Assembly (NCBI RefSeq): GCF_009914755.1
Contig: NC_060932.1
Strand: one strand, 5' to 3'
Length of the DNA: 64,000 bases
Origin: the human T2T-CHM13v2.0 reference genome, Homo sapiens
The notes beneath the pieces were generated by a model. That model worked only from the letters and a program-made list of their open reading frames with translations. It did not search any database and was not told the DNA's origin. Shown in pieces: positions 1 to 14,679 of this stretch (position 1 is the stretch's first letter; each line of letters starts with the position of its first letter). Made by a program: the position numbers and the translations under genes.

Positions 1-2070
<2,070 letters not shown>

Positions 2071-2674
2071 TTAGAATTACTGTAGGTAGTGTTATTTTTA
2101 ATAGTTTTGTCTTTTCAACTTTATTCAAGTATTCTATCATTTTCCCCAGCATACAGAAAGCTCCTAAAATGGTAGTTATTATTAATATCAGGTGTTATTT
2201 TATATCTATTTTATATTAAGCACACATATATTATAGGTCACTTATGTAATGGACATCAAAGTCACAGATCTATAGCAATGACAGATCAAATTTGGTGCCA
2301 TTCAATCATTTCTATCACATCCCACTATGTTCAACTCTTGGTGTATCTTCTAAGATTTCCCACCAGCCAAAGGCTCTGTGTATAAGTTTGAAGAAGTATA
2401 TTCAATCTTGCTCATTATTTAAAAAATACAAACCATGTGTAACTTTTATAGATCCTAATTATATCCTATTGGTGAAAAGTCACTGTTCTAGACCTTGTGA
2501 TCACATAGCTCAACTCCACTCTGTAACAAATGAGGAGATTGAGGCTCAGGGAGATTAACTGGCTTTTCTAAAGTTGCAGAGCTACTTTTATTATATTTCT
2601 TTTATCAGAACTTATATAGTGTGTTTATTTTTTAAAATTATAACTCAAGCAGAATTGAGATTAATAGTAATTCT

Positions 2675-2956
2675 ATTTTATTTTAGACAGAATCTTGCCC
2701 TGTTGCCCAGGCTGAAGTGCAGGAGCTTACTGCAGCCTTGACCTCCCGGGCTCAAGTGATCTTCCCACTTCAGCCTCCCAAGTAGCCGGGACTACAGGCA
2801 CGTACCATCATGCCTAGTTAATTTTTTGTATTTTTTGTGGAGACGGGGTTTCACCATGTTGCCCAGGCTAGTCTTGAACTTCTGGGCTCAAGCAATCTTC
2901 CAGCCTCAGCCTCTCAAAGTGCTGGCATTACAGGCATGAGCCACCACATCCAGCCC
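2675..2956 (-). mobile_element. Alu (J-like)
   Basis: Reverse Alu with ctcaagtgatcttcccacttcagcctccc and gggctcaagcaatc motifs typical of older Alus. Confidence 0.9.
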
Positions 2957-3579
2957 AACAGTAATTTTAATAATAAGGAATTTTTATTTATAGAAATGAA
3001 ACCTGAAATCGTAGCCTGATATATTTTTCTATAATGCAAAGAAATAAATAGCAAAATTGTTAAAGAAGCATTCTTACTTTATTGAATACAGGTCTAGATT
3101 TTAGAAATCTATTTTGTCTTGGCAATACCTTCAATTAATAATTAGTTCATCAAACATATTCTAGAGGCTATCAGGGCACTTTCATTCTTCTTCCCAAGGA
3201 CAGAGAAGTGCTCTGAGGATCTTCCTGAGGTGTTTGGGGTCACCTTTACCTTAGATGAAACATTTGAGTCAGCAGCCAAAGAAGTTAAACACAATGAAGA
3301 TGGCAAGCAGAAACCATGGAAACTCAGCTTGCTTTCTGTCAAATTATGTGAATCATATTTCATTAAAGATGTTTTACAAAATAGCCCACCTGTTTACTCT
3401 GGCTTTTTTAATTCCACAAAGCCACATATTCTCTTGATTAGAAAAACATAAAATACTCCCTCACTAAAAGGCCAGAGAGGAGGAAAGACTATCAATGTTT
3501 ATTCTCTGAAATTTTTCCCTGGATTATACTTTTTCCGGAGAAACAAATCTATTATTTATATGTTATATGCATAAATATA

Positions 3580-3584
<5 letters not shown>

Positions 3585-3620
<36 letters not shown>
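3585..3620. repeat. (CA)n microsatellite
   Basis: About 18 uninterrupted AC units. Confidence 0.95.
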
Positions 3621-3622
<2 letters not shown>

Positions 3623-3669
3623 CACAGAGAATGGATTCTGTCTCATATATAAAAGAAAAAGTCCTCAGG

Positions 3670-4790
3670 GTGATGTCAGCAACAAAATGGTGGAATAGAA
3701 GGCTCTCGACTACTCTCCTCCCACAGACACACTGAGTAGACACCTACACACAGATCAGTTCTCTCCAAGAGAAAGCCAAACTCTAGTTAAAAGACTCCTA
3801 CACACTGGATTACTGAGAAAATATCCACATCAAAACGAGTAGAAAAAATGAAGAAAAACTTGCACACTAACCCCATCCTGAGCACAGTGCCTTACAACCT
3901 AGGAGGAATCCTCAATTCCTAGCTTCTTCCTGAAGGGTTAGGGGTTTGTACCACACATACAGTGCCCCAATTTTACAGTCTCTGCCAGAGAACCTGGCTA
4001 TTAAACCACCTTCCTTGAGGAACATCAGGGACAGATCATCAGAAGATTTACTTAAGGGCAAAGGGGGTTTTAAAACATGCGAGCACTTCCAGCAACCACT
4101 GTCACCAGGATCAGGACAGCTTCCAATCTAACCCGTGGAAAGAGTTTGGCTTCACACTTTCCCAGCAGCTATCTGTGGCTCTGGTTCCTAAGAAGCCAGT
4201 ATCTGGAAGCTTACATAGCAAATAAAAACAAAAGCTTCTTCAGCCTAAATGGGAGTGATGGCACTCCTTGTGTCTTCTTCTCTTACTTGCTCCAGCAATA
4301 AATCCCTTACAATCTCTCATTTTAAGGAGTCTGGGGACACCACCATGGCTAAAAGGAAAAGTGAGCATATCTTGAGCTTTCTTTCTTGGTTTGCTTCAGT
4401 GATTACTTCAGAAGTATCTCCCTGCAAGGAGGGTGTGAGATTTCTGCTTGCTTGAATAGGACAGTAGGCACTCACTGCACTTCTTCTTCCTCAACTTGCT
4501 TCATGATAATTTCAGCCGTGCAATCTCTCCCTGTTGGAGGCCTCTTCCAACAAGAACAGAAGAGACTGCACTCCGTGCCTTCTTCCTCAACTTGCTCAAG
4601 ATGTAAATTTCTGAAATCTCTCTATAAAAGGAGCTTGGGAAACCCCTCTGTGCCTGAAAAGCAAAGTAGGAACTCCCATAACTTACTTTCCAGTTTGCCT
4701 CAGTGATAACTCGAGAACAGAAGTCTCCCTCTGCAAGAAGGTCATGAGACTTCTTTTTGCTGAAGCAAGAGAGCAGGCAATTTCCAAATT
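3670..4790 (+). mobile_element. Old L1 5'UTR-like segment with internal diverged repeats
   Basis: Starts gtcagcaacaaaatggtggaatagaagg, resembling old L1M 5' ends; internal diverged direct repeats at ~4260-4790. Confidence 0.5.
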
Positions 4791-5269
4791 GTTAAAAAAA
4801 ATGGATTTTTAATGTTTACACCGCAAAAAGTTAAGCTGATGTTCTACTTTGTTGCTGACGGGTTTCAGTGGAATCAACTGAGAAAGCCTAGTAAAACACA
4901 AAGAATGACAACCATAACAGAGTAGAAATGCAACACATTTCTTATTTCAGCATGTGGGCACAGTATAGCCTAAAATTAAATTACTCCTTGTGAGATGTAG
5001 AACACGCATTTTACTAATCACATTGGATCCACTTTGTTTAAATCTGAAAAAAAAAAATGAAAATAAAAATGGAAAATATGAATTGGAGTCAGGTAAGATG
5101 ATTTAAAGCCTGGACAATAAGATCTAAGATGAAAAGCTAAGAGAACACCAAAGCAATATTTTAGAACTAAATGTAAGTGCTAGCATATACTGTTGACATA
5201 TACTTCTGTGTAGTATAAAAGGTATTTTCTATTTCTCAACATACAGCAATTCTTTTTTAATTATTCATT

Positions 5270-5412
5270 TTTTGTTTTTTCTTTTAGATATGGGTGCCAC
5301 ATTGCCCAGGCTGGACTCAAACTCCTGGCCTCCAGCAATCCTCCTGCCTCAGCCTTCCAAGATACCTAAGATACCTTCCATGAACTATAGGCACTGACCA
5401 TCATGACCAGCC
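5270..5412 (-). mobile_element. Alu monomer (FLAM-like)
   Basis: ttgcccaggctggactcaaactcctggcctccagcaatcctcctgcctcagcc preceded by a T tract. Confidence 0.8.
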
Positions 5413-8400
5413 TGGCAATTCTTAATAACATACGTTTCTCATATTCATAATAGTAGATTACCCTCGCTTTTGGACAACAGATTTTCTGTGCTCAATGTGC
5501 TCAATGGGTTCTACAATGTAAGTTGTAAATGTGACAAATCTTTTTTTCTATATTGTGCTTTTGAGAGCCATTTTGACTCTCACTTGGCTGAAAAAAGATA
5601 TGTGAGTCAACAAGATGGCAGACTAGAAAGCCCTGGGCCCTCCTTCCCTTTATGGGTATACCAATTCAGCAATACATGGATAAATTATCATTGTGAGAAC
5701 TACAGAAACTACTTTAGAAACTACCATAACCTGGGAGAATGGAAAAACAGCCACACAGAAGCTGGTTAACAAAATTTGAGACACTCTCTCATAATCCACC
5801 CCAGCACAATGCTATATTATTGGGAGAAAACCCTAGCCTGGTGCTTCTAACTGGGGAGGAAAAGAGTTGAGCCATTCACCCAATCTTTCAGTTTTTCCTG
5901 GGGCTGTCCAAGGAACTGGCTGCTGTCTCACCTGTCTTGGAGCACTGATAGGACACAGCATATGCTCAATGCCTGGGGGAGAGTGAAAACAGAAGGCAGT
6001 TCAAGCTAGCACACAAGCACTCACCACAGCCCCTCCTCCATAGCAAGTGGATTACAAATACTAAATTTTAGCATTTCCCTAGGAAGGAAAAAAGGTGAAC
6101 TGTATGTCCAACTTTCCAGTTTTTCAAAGAGCTACAGAACGGAGCTTTTGTTTTTGTTATGCCTGTCTTCGAGCAATGATGGTACACAACATACTCTTGA
6201 GATCTGGGAGCTGCTAAAAATAAAGACAGTGGATTGGATTACCACAAATATTTGAGAGGCCTGCACATTCTCTGGCTGAGCCGATTAATGAGGGTCTTCT
6301 GTGCAAGACCTGTCTATGAAAACTTAGAAAGATGGTTGTTTTCTCTAATTCAAAGACACCAATACAAAAATTCAAGAAGAGTGAAGAAATAGGGAATCAT
6401 ATTCCAAATGAAAGAACAAGATAAATCTCCACAAACTGACCTTAATGAAAGAGAAATATATAATTACCTAACAATTCAAAATAATCATCATAAATATGTT
6501 CAAAGAGGTCAGAACAACGCAGGAATAAAGTGAGATTTTAACAAAGAGACGGAATTTATTTTAAAAGAAACTAACAAGAAACCTTGAAGCTTAAGAATAC
6601 ACTAACTGAATTGAAAAATTTACTAGAGGGGATTAACAACAAACTAGAGAGAGTAGAAGAAAGAATCAACAAACTTAAAGACAAGTCCTTGGAAATTCTC
6701 CAGTCAGAAGAGCAAAATAATATTAAAAAAGGAATGATAACAGCTTGTGGGACTTATAAGATACCATCAAGCAAGCCAACATACACATTATGGAAATCCT
6801 GGAGGAGAAGAGCAAGAGAAAGGGCTGGAGAGCTTATACAAACAAATAATGGCTGAAAACTTCCCAAATCAAGGGAAGGAAATGGACATCCATCTTTGGA
6901 AGGCTCAACAAATTCCAAGTAAGATAAACCTAAGGAATTCTTTTCTGAAACATATTATAATTAAATTTTCAAAAGTCAAGAGAACACTTTGAAATTATCA
7001 AGACAGAAGTGACATGTCACATGCAAGGGAATCTCCATAAGATGATTAGCAGATTTCCTAGCAGAAACCTTACAGGCCAAAAGGGAACAATATGATACAT
7101 TTGAAGTGCTAAAAGAAAAGAACTGCCAAACAAGAATAATATGCCCAGGAAAAACATCCTGCAAAAGTGAAAGAAAGATAAATACTTCCCCAGATAAAGG
7201 CTGAGACAGGTCAGTACAACTAGACTTGCTTCTGGAAAAATACAGAGAGAATTATTTAAGTTGAAATTGAAAGATGCTAACAGCAATATGAAAGCATATG
7301 GAAGTACGAACCTCACTGGTAATGGTAAATATATAGGCAAATACAGAACACTGTAATACTGTAATAATGGTGGGTAAATCACTTTTAATTATACTATAAT
7401 AATTAAAAGAGAAAAGCATTAAAATAATTATAACATAAAACACGTTAATATAAAACATAAAAATGTGTAAATTGTGACATTAACAAAGTAGGTGGGAGAG
7501 AAGTAAAAGTGTAAAGTTTTGTATGCTATTGAAGATAAGTTGTTATATGTCTAAAATAGACTATTACAACTATAAGATATTTTATGTAAACCTCATAGTA
7601 ACCACAAAGAAAGTAGAAAAGAGGCTATACAAAAGAAATAAAACACCAAGGAAGAAAATAGAAAATGAACAGAAAAACAAAAGAACTACAGTCAGACAGA
7701 AAATAATTATCAAAATGACAATGGTAAATTCTTCTCTATAAATAATTACTTTAAAAGCAAATAAATTATTTTCTCCAATAAAAAGATATAGAGTGGCTGA
7801 ATGGATTTTAAAAAAGCAAAATCTAACTATATGCTGTCTACAAGAAACTCACTTTACATTTAAGATACACATAAGCTGAAAATGAAGGGATGGAAAAAGA
7901 CATTTTATGCAGTGGTAACCAAAGGAAAGCAGGAGTGGTTACACTTACATTCCACAGAAAAGACATCATCGAAAACTCTCATAAGAGACAAAGAAGGACA
8001 TTATATAATGATAAAAGTGTCCATTAACAGAAAAATACGACAATAAATATACATGCATACAGCATCAGAGCACCTAATATATAAAGCAAATATTGACAGA
8101 ATTAAAGGTAGAAATGAAGTACAATACCCCACTTTCAATAAAAGATCAAAGATTCAGATAGAAAATCAGGAAGGAAACAGTAGACTTGAGTAACACTACA
8201 GACTAAATGGACATATGACATTTACAGAATATTCTACACAACGGCAGGAGAATACACGTGCTTCTCAAATTCATGGAACACTCTCCAAGATAGATCACAT
8301 TAGGTCACAAACAAGCCTTAAAAATTTAAGAGGATTGAAATTATACCAAGTATCATTTCTGACCACAACAGAATAAAACTAGAAATTAGTAGCAGAAACA

Positions 8401-8651
8401 AACCTGGACATTTTACAATATGTGAATATGAATCAACATTCTTGATTGACTCAAAGAAAAAAATAAAAAGAGAAATTAGAAAATATCTTGAGGCAAATGA
8501 AAAGGAAGAAACAACATTTCAAAACTTATGGTATGCAGCAAAAGCAGTGCTAAGAGGGAAGTTCACAGTGATAAACACCTGCATTGAAAAAATATATGTT
8601 ATACATAATATAATGTAATGTAATATATAATTACATTATATATTAGAATAT

Positions 8652-9025
8652 TGATATGGTTTTGCTGTATCACCACTCATATCTCACCTTGACTTGTAGT
8701 TCCCGTAATCCCCACATGTTGTGGGAGGTAGCCGGTGGGAAGTAATGGAATCATGAAGGCAGTTGCCTCCATGCTGTTCTCATGATAGTGAGTGAGTTCT
8801 CATGAGATCTGATGATTTTATAAAAGGCTTTTCCCCACTTTGCTCTGCACTTCTCCTTGCTGCCACCATGTGAAGAAGGACATATTTGCCTCCCCTTCCA
8901 TCATGATTTTAAGTCTCCTAAGGTCTCTCCAGCCCTTGGAACTGTGAGTCAATTAAACATGTTTCCTTTATAAATTACCCACTCTTGGATATTTCTTCAT
9001 AGCAGCATGAGATTGGATTAATACA
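8652..9025 (+). mobile_element. THE1/MST (MaLR) solo LTR
   Basis: tgatatggtt...ttaataca, flanked by 5-bp TSD aatat (8647-8651 / 9026-9030). Confidence 0.9.
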
Positions 9026-9735
9026 AATATATGACACATAATATATAATATAATAATGTATATTTTATATAACTCCATATTTATAGTTATATATTTATTT
9101 TATATATATATATATGCCCAACCTAACTTTGTACTTCAACAGAATACAAAAAGAACAAACTAAGCCCAAAGTTGCCATAAGGAAAGAAATAATAAAGACT
9201 AGAGCACACAGTTAAAAAATATATAGAATAAAAAAATAGAAAAAATTCAACCAAAGGGTCGTTTTTTACAAAAACAACCAAAATTGACAAACCTTTAACT
9301 GGACTGAGATTAAAAGGAGAGAAGACTTAAATAAATAATATCAGAAATGAAGGAGAATGTATTGCAACCAGTGACACAGAAATAAAAAGGATCATAAGAT
9401 CATAATAAACAATTACACACCAACAAATTGGATAATCTAGAAGAAATAAATAAATTACTAGAAACAGACAACCTACCAAGACTGAATCTTGAAGAAACAG
9501 AAAATCTAAACAGACTTATGACTCATAAGGAGATTGAATCAATATCCAAAAATCTTCTAGCAAAGAAAAGCCCAGGACCAGAGCTACACAGGTGAATCTA
9601 CTACACACTTCAGAATTAATGCCAAATCTTTCAAATTTTTCCCAAAAAAATGAAGAGGGAACACTTCCAAACACATTTTATGAAGCCAGCATTACCCTGA
9701 TAACTTAGACGAAGATACTGAAAAAACAGAAAACT

Positions 9736-10033
9736 GGCTGGGTGTGAGGGCTCACACCTGTAATCCCAGCACTTTGGGAGGCCAAGGCAGGCGGATCACG
9801 AAGTCAGGAGATCGAGACCATCCCGGCCAAGACGATGAAACCCCATCTCTATTAAAAATACAAAAAAATTAGCCAGGCGTTAGGGCAGGCGCCTGTAAGC
9901 CCAGCTACTTGGGAGGCTGAGGCACAAGAATCACTTAAACTCAGGAGGCAGAGGTTGCAGTGAGCCTAGATTGTGCCACTGTACTCCAGCCTGGCGACAG
10001 AGCGAGACTCCATCTCAAAACAAACAAACAAAC
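9736..10033 (+). mobile_element. Alu (Sc/Y-like)
   Basis: ggcggatcacgaagtcaggagatcgagacc; (CAAA)n tail; TSD aaacagaaaact (9724-9735 / 10034-10045). Confidence 0.95.
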
Positions 10034-10433
10034 AAACAGAAAACTATAGGCCAATATCACTGATAAATGCAAAAAGCTCTGAGGATACAAATATCCTCAA
10101 CAAAATATTAGCAAACCAAATTTAACATCGCATTAAAGGGATCGTACACCATGACCAAGTGCAATTCATCTAAGGGATACAAGGATAGTTCAACGTATGA
10201 AAAACAATTATTATAACACTCTACATTAACAGAATGAAGGATAAAAATGTACAATCATCTCAATATGCAGAGAAAAAGCATCTGATAAAATTCAACAACC
10301 TATTATCATAAAACCTCTCAACAAATTAGGTAAAAAACAAATGTACACAATAAAGGGAATGCATATGACAACCCAACAGCTTAAAAATGGAAAGTTTTTC
10401 CTCGAAAGTGTAGAAGGAACAAGGCAAGGATGC

Positions 10434-10810
10434 TGTCTTAGCTCATCTTGCACTGCTTTAACAGAATGCCAAAGACTGGGTATAACAAACAGAAGTTTAT
10501 TTTCTTAAAGTTCTGGAGGCTGAGAAGGCCAAGATCAAGGCACCAGCTTCTGGCAAAGCCCTTCTTCCATCACATGCTGCCACCACAGAAGGCAAAAGGG
10601 CAGAGAGGAATCCTGTGTCTTCACATGGCAGAAAAGTGTAAGAGAGCAAACTCAGCCCTAAAGTCCCTTTAATTTTGCCATTAATTCATTTATGAGGACA
10701 GAGCCCTGATGACCTAAATACCTGTTAAAAGTACCACCTCTTAATACTGTTACAACAACAATTAAACTTCAGCATGAGTTTTGGAGGGCACAAACATTCA
10801 AACCACAGGA
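10434..10810 (-). mobile_element. MST/MLT1A-type MaLR solo LTR
   Basis: tgtcttagctcatc...gttctggaggctgagaaggccaagatcaagg...catgagttttggagggcacaaacattcaaacc. Confidence 0.8.
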
Positions 10811-11287
10811 GATGTTCACCACTGCCATCTCTATGTCACGTCATACTGGGATTTCTAGCCAGAGCAATTAGGCAAGTAAAAGAAATACAAGGCATCCAAG
10901 TTGGAAAGAAAGATATAAAGTTATCTCTGTTTGCAGATGCGTGATCTTACATATAAAAAACCCTAAATTTTACACAACAAATGATATAACTAATAAATTA
11001 ATTTAGTAAGAGGGCAGGATACAAAAAACAAAAAAATCAGATTAACATACAAAAATCAGATGCTACAACAAGAAGGAACCATACAAAAGGGAAATTAAGA
11101 AAAGATTTCATCTACAATAGCATCAAAAAGAATAAAATGGTTGGTAATTAACTAAGGAGGTGAAAGACTTTCACACTGAAAGTTAACAAATATTGCTGAA
11201 AGAAATGAAAGAAGTCACAAATAAATGGAAAGAAATCCTATGTTAATGGATTAACACATTAATATTGTTGAGATGTCAATACTACCG

Positions 11288-11680
11288 GATATGCTCTGGC
11301 TGTGTGTCCCTTCCAAATCTCACGTTGAAATGTGATCTCCGTTGTTGGAAGTGGGGCCTAGTGGGAAGCACTGGATCATGGCGGTGGAATGGTCAGCACC
11401 ATCCCCTCGGTGATGAGCGAGTTCCCGCTCAGTTAGCTCATATGAGATCTGGTTGTTTAAAAGAGTCCGGGACCTCCCCCTTCTCTCTTTTGCCACGTGA
11501 CATCCTGGCCCCCCTTTCCTTTCCACCATGAGTGGAAGTTTCCTCAGGCCCTTACTAGAAGCAGATGCTGGCACCAGGCTTCTTGTACAGCCTGCAGAAC
11601 CATAAGCCAAAATAGACCTTTTCTCTTTACAAATTACCTAGTCTTAGGTATTCCTTTATAGCAACACAAAGGGTCTAACA
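11288..11680 (+). mobile_element. MSTB-like MaLR solo LTR
   Basis: gatatgctctggctgtgtgtcccttccaaatctcacgttgaaatg...gaagcagatgctggcacc...ttcctttatagcaacacaaa. Confidence 0.85.
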
Positions 11681-13719
11681 CTTCCCCAAAGCAATCTACA
11701 GATCCAATGCAATCCCTATCAAAGTCACACTGCCTTTTTTTATTGCAGAAATAGAAAAATTCATCCTAAGATTCATATAGAAGCACAAAGGACCCAAAGT
11801 AGCCAAAAAAAATCTTGGGAAAGAAGAAAATAGACGCTGGAGGGCTTACACTTCCTGATTTAAAAATATATTACATGCCTATGTAAATATGGAAAAGAAT
11901 AAATATCCCAGAAATAAACCCCTACATATATGGTCAACTAATATTTGACAAGGGTGCCAAGGGTACACAATGGGGGAAGGATACTCTCTTAAACAAATGG
12001 TGTGGGAAAAGTGGATATCTACATGCAAAATAATAAAATTGTTCCTTTATCTTACATCATACACAAAAATCAACCCAAAATTGATTAAAGACTTAAATGT
12101 AAGGTCTGAAACTATAAAACTCTGGGAGAAAACATACGGGAAAAGATTCATAACATTGGTTTTGGGGATGACTTACAGGATATGATACCAAAAGCACAGG
12201 CAATGAAAGAAAAAAAACAGTGGGACCACATCAAACAAAAAGGTTCTACATGTCAAATGAAAGAATTAGAGTTGCAAATACAACCTGTGGAATTGAAGAT
12301 ATTTGCAAACAATATACCTGATAATATCCAAAATACATAAGGATTTTTTTTAAGCTATGTGAGTTACAACTCAATAGCCAAAAAATGAATTTTAAAATGT
12401 CCGAAAGACTTGAATAGATATTACTTCAAAGAATATATAAAAATAGCCACAGATACATGAAAAAATGCTCAACATTACTAATCATCAGGGAAATGCAAAT
12501 CAAAGTCACAATGAAATACCACCTCATGCCTGTTAGGATGGCTATAATAATAATAAAAACAAAGAAAATATAAAAAGTGTTGGCAAGGATGCGGAGAAAT
12601 TGGAACACTTCTACATTGTTAGTTGAAATGTAAAATGGTGCAGCCAGTATGGAAAACAGCATAGAAAATCATCAAAAAGTTAAAAATAGAATTACAATAT
12701 GATTCAGCAATCCCACTTCTGGGTATTTTTCCAAAAGAATTGAAATGAGAATCTGGAATAGATATTTGCACTCCTATGTTCATTGCAGCATTATTAACTC
12801 GAGTCAACCTAAATATTCATTGTTGAATAATGGATAAATAAAATGTGGTATGCAAATACAATGGAATATTATTAAGCCATAAAAAATAAGGGCTCCTACC
12901 ATATGTGACAACATGAATAAACTTGAAGTATATTATGCTAAGTGAAGTAAACCAGACATGGAAGGGCAAAGCCACATGATTCTAATTATATGAATATTTA
13001 AAATAATCAAACTCATAAAAAGCAGAGAGTAGAATGGTGATTCCTATGGGCAGGGGGAAGGAGGCTATGTAGAGTTGCTTTTCAGCAGGGATAAAGCTTT
13101 AGTTATGCAAGATGAATACATTCTACAAATCTGCTATTTAATATCATGCCTATAGTTAACAATACAATACTGTATTGAACACTTCAAAATTTGTTAAGAT
13201 GATAGACTTCATGTTACATGTTCTTACCACAATGTTTTTTTTAAGTTATGTGAGTTACAGTACTGTATCTTGCAGGTAAAAAATAAAAGAAGAGATCCCA
13301 GTATGTTAAAGCTCAACTATTATAGTGTATTGAAGGTCCCTCAAGGAAATGGTCAAAAAAAAAAAAAAAAAAAAAAAGAGAGAAAATTCAGCAGGAAAGA
13401 GAGACTTGATGACGTCTTTTAATAATATGAAGGTCATCATGAACTTTGGCTGCAGTCTGGGAGCAATAAATCCCAGTAAATTAACAAAAGATAATTAGAT
13501 GAAAATGAGCCAGAGGCATGCTGTAATTCAGAGACTTTTGAAGTGCCCTGAAGGGACATTATTATGTGCATGTCCAGGAATCAGAGGCCATCTGGAGCAC
13601 AGTGAAAGGGCTATCCCATAAAATCAAAAAGTGGCAGGATATATGATGGGCTGATCATATAGTTTGCTGCAGTGACTTATTCAGAATAAAGGTATGAACA
13701 TGCCAATCCTTACCACAAC

Positions 13720-14245
13720 TTAAAACTCAATAGATTCCCATTGCACCTACAAAAAAGGCTAACACCTCTCCTGACTCTGAGATCCCACATGATTTTTCCC
13801 CTATCTACCTCTCCAGCCAAGATCTCAGCAGTATAGTTGTGCTGGCCTCTTTTCAGTCTCTCCTTAGGACTTGTTTCATTGATCATGGGGTATGTGCTTA
13901 TCCCAACCTCTGAGTGAACAGCGTTTTCCAATTTTCCTATACGACTTGCAGACTTCATCTCAAAACACTAGAAACACATTCCCTGAGCTCCCTTCCTAAA
14001 GTTAGGACAGATTCCTTGTTTTCAGCTCTCATGGCACCCTGGACCTCTCATTTTAAGCTTCCGTATTGCTTATCACACTTGAAAAATTTTATTTTTTGTG
14101 TGATGATTTGATGAGAACCATCTTAGCTTCTTGATGGTAAGCTCCATGAAAGCAAAGACATTTACACATTAATGAAGCTTTATTGTGTCTGTTTGTCTAT
14201 ACTACTATGGGTTTAATATGGTCCTAAACACATTAATAAATATTG
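13720..14245 (+). mobile_element. Degenerate L2 3' fragment
   Basis: taagctccatgaaagcaaagac ... aataaatattg, resembling an L2 3' end. Confidence 0.4.
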
Positions 14246-14679
14246 GCTTTTATTGGGTATTTCTATAATTTTTTAAAAGGAGTTTATTTTTTAAGTCATC
14301 TGGACAGCTTTATCAAGGCTTAGATTCCTAGACCTTATCATAAGACATAATGATTCCAGTGGTTTTAGTGTTGCCTGGGCAGCTATATTTTGTTAAAGGA
14401 CTGAAAATGATTCCAATATCATGAAAGCGTGAGGATCACTCAGCCAAATGGAAAGGTAAATATAAGTAAATGTTTACGCACTATCAGGAAAGCAATGGAC
14501 TTTCTAAATATGACACCAAAGACAGGAATTGCTGAGGAAAGACTGATTGATTTGACTGTATAAAATATTAGCCTTTCATATTAAATTTTTTTAAGAAAAA
14601 AATTAAAAGGTAAATAAAAATCCATGAAAGTACTTGCAACATATATGTTGATAGATTTTTATTTTTTATAAAGATCTTT

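Larger units (their letters stand above)
5600..13235 (+). mobile_element. Near full-length old L1 (L1MA/MB-like), carrying nested LTRs and an Alu
   Basis: 5' end caagatggcagactagaaagccc; ORF1 remnants (IMAENFPN, 6747-6992); EN motif tgctgtctacaagaaactcact; RT-region remnants; L1M-type 3' end ...catgttcttaccacaat. Confidence 0.85.
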